DNA of 64,000 nucleotides from Tubulanus polymorphus. Taxonomy: Eukaryota; Animalia; Nemertea. The notes beneath the pieces were generated by a model that searched no databases, was not told the origin of the DNA, and saw nothing but the letters and a program-made list of their open reading frames with translations. The stretch's first letter is position 1, and the number at the start of each line of letters is the position of its first letter. Shown here one piece after another: positions 15,750-27,200 of the stretch. Location: NCBI RefSeq assembly GCF_964204645.1, contig NC_134025.1, forward strand, positions 6,262,001 through 6,326,000, given 5' to 3'. Both the position numbers and the translations under genes were made by a program.

Positions 15750-18250
15750 AAATTGGTAGAAATAACGTATGGCTTGTGATATCATGACAGCAGTACTTCA
15801 AAGGTAGGATCTTTTGTTGTGTCAGAGTTATGGGAATGAAATTGTATCTCGGGCCCGTTATCGACGTCTGCCGGTGTCTTTCGCGATTAATTAGAATGTA
15901 GTTATCGCGTGTTACAGGTATCAACGAGAAATTGTCGTCACGATTTTTGAACCTATGAACGACCTCTGATCGACATTCGCGTCTCCGCCGTCCACCCAAT
16001 CCATCGGTGATAACACAATAATTTCCTCGTAATGATAGTAGTCATGGTAATAGCCACGCATTTCCATGACGATTGTCAAATCTGTAAATATTTCCGAGAT
16101 TGTTTTCGCGAAACTAACGGAAGACTGGTTCGCATTGATAGTTACCTAATAAACCATTTACAAAGCAAATTATATCGAATGAATAACCCAACGTTTTAAG
16201 TATTGAATGAAAATATCGTGTGAGTGAAATCTATCAACGGCATCAGGTGTTTTTGTGTTCAAACTGTGCACCTTAGTTGACACATTACTCATTAATTTGA
16301 GTTCTCCTTCACAAAAAACTATGTCAACATCTGGTAATTGGTATTTTCCCATTCATCAATAACGGACTGAAAAAATCCATCAATTTCATTACAGAATTCA
16401 TCAGGCACTGTACTACTTAATCAAAATACTGTTTTATCTTAGTAAATAGTAAATCTCTTGTAACGCTTCCAAAAGGAATATTTCGATTAGTGAGTGAGTC
16501 AGGCTGTGGAAAAAGTTCAATGTTTTCTTTCATCATATCCATGTATGACTGCAGAGGTTTCGTTGATGAGTTCTTCTTCACCATGTTGCATGTCGAAGTG
16601 CTTTATAAAACTCATAAAATCTCTACGATGCCATCTCTCGTCTCTGCGCTGTCTATCGATCTTACATGGCACAAATTGACGTACATTGTCCAATAAATCA
16701 TCATTTAAATGCTTACATTGTCTTGCGACGTTTCCCCATCGCTGAGTCTTTACTACGACATGGTGTCATGTCATGTTCTTTCCCACCAGTTTCAAGCAGT
16801 TCATTCAGACATTTTAGACCGCCACTTATTGGCCTTTCATTTTGTATCAGACTTGTTCTTAAAACTGTCACCGAAAGCTTCTTACGTGTACATGAAAATA
16901 CATAATCAATCCACGCTGTGGGCTTCGAGAGATGCATCTATAGGAAATAATTAAGTGTAAGGTTGATTCTGTACAGAACGAAAAAACTAATCACAGCAAT
17001 AAAAGTCTTGCATCTCTGTCCATCGGTCTCTTTCGATATTGATTTCCAATCGATAATTTTCAGCTGCAGCCGATCCGTGGCGGAGAGATGTGAGAAATAA
17101 TTCACCCATGTACTCAGCCAACATTAATATCCTTACTTAGATAAATGTGTTTCTACAAACACAGTCGTCTTCTGGCTGTCGAATGTATACCGGGTTTTCA
17201 CATGCACGCTCAGTCAGGGCAGGCATTGTGACGATATCGCGTGCGGTTTATTCCGTTACCATGGATACTGTGCCGCATATTCGGCGCCGGGCACGAAGAC
17301 TCGCAATCGTTACCTGTCCTTATTGAGACCTACTAAAAGAAATGTTGTACATATCATTAGCAACTGCGTTAATAACTGTTATAACATCGAAAAGATCATC
17401 ATAAAGTATAATGTCTTTCCATTTCGTGTGCTGCTGTAAATGGAACATTGGGTCTATTGGTCTATTGGTTGTATAGTGAAAAGACGATAATTCAAATCTG
17501 CTGATGTAATTAACAGTGGCCTCCAATGTCAATTTACTCTATACGCACATTATCTGAAACAAGTCTCAACTGTCAGTAACATCATTATTAGCTTTAACTT
17601 AAGAGCAGTTTCTAATTGCTACTGCAATTACGTTGTTACCTCGACCAGTACTTGTTCTGCTCTTGATGGAGCATGTTCAGTGCGTTTCCTACTTTTTTTT
17701 ACCGTGAACTTCATAGAATTTGTGGCAACACGCACGACTAACGGTTTTGAATTGGTTTGGGAAGAGTTAATGAATTCTAGCGACTTTTGAAGAAAAAGAC
17801 CTCTACCTTATTATATACCTAATGCATTTACATTTCTGTACTATGTCTCGTGGGAAGCCCTTAGTAAGTAATCGCGATTTTGAGTCAACCGTACTGCAAA
17901 AAGTCGCTGTCGCACTACTGACAGTGTTGTCAGAGTGTTATAAACTGAGATATGTAGTGTGAATTCAGATGAGACGGATTTGCTGTAATTACCATTTTGA
18001 ATTTTCTCTAGTTGTTAGCTTTGATGTTCAAGAGATATTAATAATTAATGCCTAAATTCGCGATTACGGCATCTACTTCACAGTTACTGCAGAGGTTGTA
18101 GGAGATGATTTATACGTTCGCAGACTAATTTGTAACCAGTGCCTCTTTCAGTACCAACATTAAGGAATAATACACACCTTTGCTTTCGGGTTTTAGTACC
18201 ACTATTTTGACAGTCTTTTTGTAATTTCATTTCCTACTTTTTTCTTTTAG
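15750..18250 (-). pseudogene. possible decayed nuclease + P-loop SF1-helicase-like gene, antisense to sif
   Basis: Protein-like broken frames with eroded motifs in a plausible order (see findings); many stops and frameshifts. Confidence 0.25.
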
Positions 18251-20017
18251 CTAAGTTCGTTAAATAACCATTACCATGTCTTGGAAGTAAGTATTATAAG
18301 TATATAAAGAGATGTTCATGTTCTCTACATCTTTAAACATATATCTTATATTTAATAATTTGTGTTGAATCTCTATATACTCAACGATATATCGCAATTA
18401 TAACCTCTTCGAATTCTATAGCGGGATTGGCTTTTTGCATGCGTCTATTTTAAAAGCTTGGATTGCTTATAACACATTACAAGGTGATGGAATATGTATC
18501 TATATATCTATGAAATGAAATTGCTATTACATAAACATTTACCCTAGTATCGGAATGTTCCAAACACTTGATTGACTGATACATTCCTGATCGGTGTATT
18601 ATTGGTTCCATTGATGTATTTTCTGGTTTTCTGAGTAGTCCAGTTGACCGAGCACTCATACGCATCCTAGGTATCACATCGTCATCGCCATATCATCGTC
18701 CATTATTTCGTAATATGTACAAATAACCGCTGTAGCATGTATCATTAAAAATCATTCAACATTTAAAACGAATAACAGTCTCTCTGGTATGTATCAAGTA
18801 CGAGAAGCGTCTGCCTTTTAGATGAATTAGGATGCAACCATTAATTCATTATGTTCGGTGGAGATAGATGTTCATCTAATATTTAATGGAGACATGACTC
18901 GCTGATTCCTACTGCTATTAGTATCACCTGTCCTGTCAGATCATTCATCGTCCTCCGCAAGAAACATCGCTCTGCGGAGCCTCATTCGACAGTCGCGGGT
19001 TCGGATTTGTCTCCGAGTTAAACTGAGTTCACATTCGGCAGCGCCGGGTCTCGGGTCACATATTTTATGGTCTAGCATATTGCGTATAAAAGTTTCTGAA
19101 GTTTGATCAAACTTCCCATGGATGTTTGAACAGAATTTGTGCCCAATCTTCTATGGATGGTTATATTTATTAGTATGTGACAATCACCAAGTAAGGCAGA
19201 ATCGCGTAATAAGTTCAGTTAAGTAATAAATCGTTAACTGAATCTCAACCGACGGACGATACGCGATATCCTTTGATTATGTTTTGTTGTGGAATAAGAT
19301 GGATTACGCGTAGATTGGGGGCACCTATGGAAGATGAGGTGTTTAAAAAAGAATCGAACATAAGGCAAGTATTCTATATCCGGAGAGGTGTTTATATTGA
19401 AGTAATGTTTCAAGACGCTCGAGAGAGAGCTCAGAGTTTTTTGTCCCGTGATTGACTTTGCGGTAATATTGTTAGTCGCGTGTCGACGTTATTGTATTAT
19501 TTCTCCAACGTTTATTGTCGAGCGATATCGATTAACGACATGTCTTTTGTTGAAACACGTTGAAACAAGTGCTGACAGTAAAAACATTGGTATAGTTGAG
19601 TGGTCGAGTCTCTTATTCGTTCAATAACAGTAGCCGTATCACTAGTTTTTTCCAGCCAGAAGCAACTGAACACTAAATAGATACTCAACTGTGGTTGCTA
19701 ATTAATGAATATGAAGACTATTCGCTCGCGATCATATTTCTGTTTCTATTAATTCTTCGGGGTGACTCCAGTCATCTTTTGATATTTCATCCGTCATGAA
19801 TTAATCGCTATGAAAGATCTTTGCCGAGTATTCTAAACAGAAAGAGGATCCCCTTAAAGGAACATTGTCAGATATAAGGAATAAATGAGCAGTTTCAGTT
19901 ACTGTCTCATCTAATGCTACCACAGACAATACAGATTTATATGACACTAATTACTTCATTATAATCAGCTGAAATTAATTCACGAAAAACCTCATTCTGC
20001 CTTGATGGACAGGGAAC

Positions 20018-20486
20018 AGGTAATAATCTCCCTGTTGAATATCCCCCTGGTAAAACTTCACAAGGTAAAAATCTCTCCCAGCTAAAAATCTCCCCGGTAA
20101 ATACCCCCTCAAGGTAAAAAAAAAAACCCTGAAATAACCCCCCCCCCCTAATTTGCTTTCGCAACAAAATTAAACAAAAATGGTCAGTATTCTTATGTTT
20201 AAACTAGTAACAAAATCTATGTACAATCAATGTCCATTATAGTGCCATACGTTTTAATGCCATGGCCCGTTAAACGCCAACATTTAAAAAAGATGTACCC
20301 AATCTAATTCAAATTCAATGAAAATACCATTCCAATTTTGTTATAACGCCATGTTTAACATTCGTCCCAACATTGGCATTCTGAAGGACTTTAGAATGCC
20401 ACTTGTTGTAAAAAGTGTTATCAATTTTTCATCTAAGTTTTACACTCTAGTTTGATAGAAAACTGAATTTAGGGGGATTATTACCT
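20018..20486. mobile_element. degenerate DNA-transposon relic (Mutator-like subterminal repeats)
   Basis: AGGTAATAATCTCCCT / AGGGGGATTATTACCT (15/16 inverted match); tandem AAAAATCTCCCC-type subrepeats at 20030-20150. Confidence 0.5.
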
Positions 20487-21192
20487 ACATTCAGACCCTC
20501 AAAATTGTGATTCTTGCTTTCACTGCGTGCGCAAAGTTTAAGTGCTGTGATATCTGTTGTCTATACGATATACCTGTGTCTTCAATTATCAGGAAACGGA
20601 AATTGAATTACGTGTCATACCCACGAGAACAATCCACTGATTAAATTGCTTGAATTATTAAAATTAGCTATTTCCACATAATGAATAGTATCATCATTCT
20701 TTTCACCAGTTGTTGATTGGTTATCTAACAGGGGAAGGTTTATCTATCCATTGAACACATTTTTGTTTTCTATACGCAAATCTTGCGATATAAAAGTCTG
20801 GAAAATAACCAAAAAAAACCATGAATTATGGAGTTGTATACAATGATGGCTGTATTCTAAGAGCTGTTATCGGGGATGTTTTTTTTTACTTCGGAATTAA
20901 TTGTGAGATTTGCTTACGTAATCGTTAACGCAGAAAAGGATAACACATCTTTTTCAGATCTGTCACTCTTGCCGTGGGATTTTAGTGATAAAGTATATAA
21001 TGTCAAGGCTGCAACAACCCTGTCAGTTGCTCGTGTAACACTTCGGGCCGACAAAATATCTGTGATACAGTTTTAGGTTTCGATCCATTTCCATATTAGA
21101 AATTGTACCCATGCTCTCGGTATATGGATACAATTACAATGTTCGTTGAGTGTTTTTTTTATCATTGCAGATTCTGGCAATGGCCTAAGAGG

Positions 21193-21284
21193 ATGGGGAA
21201 CAAATTGTGTGCACCCCTTTGGAAGAAGCCCTACAGAGATGGTGAATCCCCTTGGTACCCAAAAAAGGATTCCCATCTGCTGAG
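21193..21284 (+). CDS. sif: sif coding exon 1 (MGNKLC... N-acylation signal)
   Basis: Acceptor ttgcag ending at 21170, ATG at 21193, donor GTAAGA at 21285 (phase 2). Confidence 0.9.
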
Positions 21285-24200
21285 GTAAGAATCTGTGTAT
21301 TCAGATTGTAGTTCTTTGTTCTTATCATCGTGAAAGTTATGCGTATCTGAACGAACCTACTCTCCATTGCTGTAGTGATACCTTTACTGAATATATGGCA
21401 TGATATCGAGCTATGAATGTCTCAGGTATTTTTTAATTAGAAAATTAGCTCATTTCAATTAGTTCATTATCTTTGAGTCAGATTTTAACCATTAACTGGA
21501 AACTTGCTCTAGAAGGCCATATTGAGCTCTGATAGTAGCCCTAGAACAATTTCATGCCATGAACTCATTTGTGTACATGATAAATCTTGATATGTTATTT
21601 GATAGTGCAATCGTTGGTAATTTTTCTATCATAAAAAATACTATTACATTACCACAGATTTCATAAATCTCATAAATATAAAAATATACATGGATGGAAT
21701 CTCATGTAGATTGATTCTTATTGGCATCGTAGCCATTACACGTAGATATTACAATTAGAAGACCTTTAATATCACTCCGACATCATAAGAAATGTCACCA
21801 AAAAAAAATGTATGGTGTCTGATGTGGGTTTAAGGTTGAGCCTTTAACACGTAATCTTGCTTATTTCAACTGCTCTTTGATGTGTCTGTCGCTGGTCTTT
21901 TATCTTTTCTTCCTTTTGAATACTATTCTTCCATTCATATCTGATATTGTCAAACGCATTCATCTTCTTCCTTCACTTAAGCCGCGATCAGTGGGCGAAA
22001 TTGGCACGGAGTCAAATTTGGCTCGCGCCTAATTAGAGAGTGGGTTCACATGCAAACCACTCACTTGTAACTAAACAATGCATTCAAAACAAAGAGAGTC
22101 GCTTCCAGAACCAGTTGCAATTCACATGCATTTATTTGTTGCATCTTAAAATTTGGCTCGGGCCTTGTCCGACATATTTGTTTGGGTCAAATTTGGCCGG
22201 GCCAAAAATGCTTGTGTGATCACGGCTTGATTAAGTACAAAACACCTATCAACTTATGACTATATGATGAGCAATAATTGAGAATTTAGATTTAGAAAAG
22301 GGTCTCATATATCGATATTTGACGATAGTCATTATAAACCCTCTTATTCTCTTGCATTGGAGAAAACTCCTAGAATGAATATTATCAATGTAAAAATGTA
22401 AATCCTGTACGTGAATTATACATGAGCTTTTGATTGACTGTTTCTTTCGAATTGAATTTCACTCATTTTGATATTGCATCTATCGACGATTATTTCTCGT
22501 TATAAATGGATTATTGATGAATATGTCACTGATTCGTCGCATACCTCAATATACCCTCAACTGTTATTAGCAATATCAAATCATCGCTCTTTATACACCT
22601 CTAGGCATCATTTCATTTCCAATACCAGTATATCATATCTGAATTCATAACGTAATCATTGAGTGATACTGTTTGTGATGGATATTTCGGGCGATCTGCC
22701 CCAGAGTTCTTTCGTTATGAATAGGAACTTACAACCATAATATACTTTTTTTGGTCATTATGCACTTACCGACCTGTGAACAAACTCATCAAAGATTCAA
22801 GGAACAATAAAAGCAGTGACGATGGATCCAGGGTGCTTCATTTGCTTCGTAAAAAGTGGTGCAAACAAAAATTGAAATCCTCTCTTTACCCAGGCTGTCA
22901 AAATTGAAGTGATATATGATCTTTTAGCCGGTGAATATGCGATTGCTGGATCCAACTGCCCCTGTTATTAAATGAACGAAGACAATTTATGAATATCGCA
23001 TTTTGTTGAAGTGTAATATTACATGTATCTCGTGACCATTGATGTTGTCTGTTGTTGTATATGTAGGAAAATAACCGAAGGCTACAAGAAACGGTAAGCA
23101 GCACAGAGTGGCTTTAACAAAATATCAGATATCTATCAGTTCTTAGTGGTACTTTCTTTCGTCTCGCTGTGATAAGTCTGATGAATTAATTCGGGCTTAT
23201 TGCCGCGAAGTTTCATTCACTTGTTATACAAATATATATGTACCTATTACACAAGTTTTTCACACAAAAAAAAAACATTGGGTTCCTAACTGATAAAATC
23301 GAAGGGTGTGATGGGTATATGTATATGTGGGACTTTGCTAACACGCTTGCTTGGTAAGTTCGCTTCTGAGGTACTACTACCTAATCATGTATTTTGTCAT
23401 TCCGTCGGGTGGATTTCGTACTAACCGAGCTAATTTGGTGATGGGCATTTTCCGGGTCATGCTAATATGTATTTGATGTCCTTTATATATGTATATATAA
23501 TACATGGTACACTTTGATCATAATAATGAAGTGGTGCATTTGATTTGTCCAAATTTTTCCTGTGTGCTCTGTGTACTAGAAATATCTATATGGTAACAAA
23601 ATTGCATCAAAATATGCATTCACAGTTTTTTGTTACATATGTATGTAATGGATTGATTGAAACAGTAAGCTATGAGAGAGTTGCATATAGGAACCAATCT
23701 TTACTTCTTTGCCAACATTTCTGTCTACATATAAATTCTCTTTACGTATTACAGTTGTTTGATCTGATCTTGACTGTGCTGATTTAATGTACGGCATATA
23801 TGATTAATGTCATTCAGTGTCCACTGCAAAAAGTAGGTTTCAACAGTGCTGCAAGAGCAGCATGACAGTGTCCACACTTTACGCGAGGAGGCATGTATCT
23901 GTTTCATGCGACGATACATGATTTATAATTCACTTTGTCTGAGTAAAAACGATTCTATTGGGAATGCGTAACCTTAGAATTTAACACATCTACATCAAGA
24001 AACAAGTTGGCAACAAGTTGCATTGGAGGAATTGCATGACCAAGTCTGCTTGGCACCATCTTGAGATAAAAATTGCTGGAGGGTTCACTTTTCTGACATG
24101 AATATTGGGATTGGCACTTTCTCGATGCATCCCGGGATGACATTAACCCGATGACTGTTATAGCTGAAACCTTCCTGTCATTGAATAGCTGGATGTAGAA

Positions 24201-27200
24201 CAGACAGCAGACATCCCTATCAGATATTGCTGAAGGGTCAGAATGGTTGGCACCTTCCTGAGATGACATTGTAAGTGCAACAGACAACCAGCTCTCTGAC
24301 AATTGAACAACTGCGGACAAGAATTTTTCATCTGTCCAGATACGTGGCACCGATGAACTAGGGGACCTTGGTGAATGTCCATGAATCATCATGGACATCA
24401 TCGGCGGCTTTCATATAACAAATGACAAACTGTACAATGTTTGTGAAAGACAGATTAGTAACTGCTTCTAGAACCATTATACACCCCCATTAAAATACAT
24501 ATGATTAAAACTTTGGTTGAAATGTTGTTATCTCAAAGATTCAATTGTTTTACAAACATTTCATTAGATTTCTGTTGATAGGTTCAGATAGTAGACGTGT
24601 ACAATGAATACAATCGGACATCATGAATTAACAGTAAAAATGTAACTGTGTGGCAGATATTTCGCTAATGGGATAAAGACCAGGTCTATATAAACCTCGC
24701 GAGGAATGAGTGGCAATAAATCTCAATGTCTGCTGCTAAATGACTGGATAGTTCCAGTGGATTCTAAAACGTTGCGTTTTAGTTTCCGTGGATTCTAGCA
24801 GATGACAGCACCGTCTAGAAGTTGCCGGATCATCGAGTTACAACCAGTCACATGCTTGTAGACCTTCAAAAATCATTTCCATCTTTAACAAGTCATGTAA
24901 ATGCCCTGAACTAACCACATAACAAATGTGTAATATGTATACACACTTAAACAATTTAACATCAAATTTTGGCTATGGGTTGTTATCAAAATTTCATGAA
25001 CACATGGATTTGGCTTATAACCTGCTGGTTAATATTCTGATAATAGAAAGTTTTCCACAAAAAGCTCAAAATCTGTACATCTACAGACTTGAGTGAAATA
25101 AGATAAGTTTATCGAGAAAAGCTTGCAAGTTTGTAATCAAAAATACAATTTTCAATGGTTTATTTGTTTGAATATATTTTAGGTTATGGGCTGAAGTATT
25201 CCAGGTGACGATGACTGAAGGTGAGCTCGGATGGGAGCGAGTGTCGGAGGATGTTGTACCCGTTAATATTACCTGTATACAGGACTACCCTGAAACTATG
25301 TTCCAAGTTACAGCGTACAATAGACACGTCATGAAAATATTTGATACAAGGCTTGTTCAACCTGGTAAGTCATTTCACCAATCGGGGTTCGTTTGTGACT
25401 GCGTTAGTAGATGAAAACTTTGTGTGGAATATCGAACAGCATAATGCAGTGCTGCTATCTAACGGTGTAGTGGCTAACCACTGATGACTAAGTGCAATTT
25501 AGTTGTTAACGCTGAATCGATCGATGAAAGTTTGTAAAACACCGTGTTTTCTATCGGCGGATGATTGATTTGATTGATCAAAAGCGATTAAATATCCATT
25601 TGATTGGAGGTGGTTACTCGCCAGATTTAACTATCAAATAGAAGGAAGTTTTTTTATTTCACCGATCTACCGGTAAGGCGCTTGCTTGTTAAAAGAAACT
25701 TTGGTTACTTCTATTCTTCCTTTCATTTGAATTATGAAATTTAAAAGTAATACGAAAGACTTGAAGTGTTAGAGTTTCGAGATAATAGGAGGCAATAGCA
25801 TGTGTTAGTGTAGTTTTGATAAATCTTCTGTTCCATTTCAATAGTAGAATAGCCACACTCAGACATGGGGAATAGGTAGTATGATCAAACCCTCACTATA
25901 CGCAAATCTAAAAGATTTCAGACGAAAATTATTTATCAAGAATTAAACTCAAAAGACCATGAATCGGACTTTGGAAAAGATCGTTTATACAAGGTTACTG
26001 TCAAATCCAGTTAAACCCTAATTTCAGGTCTTTTATATAGCCAATAAAAACCTGGCCATACATAAAATCGAAACATGTCTTTATTTGTATGAGTATGATA
26101 TAGGCTTTTGGACATTTTGACTTGGCTGGACATGTTGTATTTTCATTGGTCAATAATATCATTATAACCTTGTAGCAAATGCAATAGATATCCGTAAAGC
26201 CACGTTTTCAATGGTAAAATTGTGGAAAAAGTAATTGGTTTTCCTTATTGCTAACTGACAGGCTTTAAATGAGAAAAATTGATTAGGGCCTATATAATGT
26301 GATATTTTCTCCTCACAAGCTGTGCAATGAAATAGTTTGTTACTACTGGTTGAGCATCTAATTTAAAATGTGCATTATTCTACGTCAAGTTTGTTCACCT
26401 TTGTACTTGCCCTGTTAATTGCTGTTTCTAGTGCATTGTAAACTTGCTGGTTACATGAATTATTTACATCATTAATATTGAATGTTTGATTTGAAATACT
26501 GTACGCAACTAGTCAAATAACAGTAATTCACAGGTGTAAACCGGAGACTAGGTAAATTAAAAGGCTTTCTGTTTCTCATTCAAACAAACCTAAACATTTA
26601 AAAGTTTTCCATTCATTCCTATTTAAGTAGTTTTATATTTAATTGAATTTTAGAATATCGGTGATGATACCGTTGATATTGAGACAGATATAAAGGTGTC
26701 AAATCAAATTGAAATATTTCTCTGTCATCTGCTAAGTTCAGATAGGGAAACAGTAGGGGAGGATCCAAGGGGAGGGTGCAGGGGGTGCGCACCGCCTCCT
26801 TAAAATGTCAAGTTGCCCTGAAATTTTACGGGATAATAAGAATTAATTCTATAAAAAAGTTTAATTCCAAAAGCTTCTCTGTATTTCCAAAACATGACTT
26901 AACATTTTACCAATGAGCTTTCTTTCGGAAACAGTCTTACCAACCCTACCACTAGAGCCCTCTCTGCAGCTGCTACTAAAATAATCATTATAAAAATCAA
27001 TACGGCTTCGCGAAATTTTGCTGGGATCAGATTTGATTTTCTCGTCTAATTTCATACTATAAACGACCAATCGCTTTATAGATTTCCATCGGCGTAAAAC
27101 GAATATGTTACTAAGAGCGGCCTTACGAAATTGAGAAACTCAAATTTCCCATTTTGATGTTAAGAAAACTTGGTCGCTATTGTTAGGATCTCGGAATCAA

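Noticed and set aside
23955-24401. 148-aa minus-strand ORF
   Set aside because: No recognisable domain or splice context; it may be a LINE relic, but I could not find convincing motifs.
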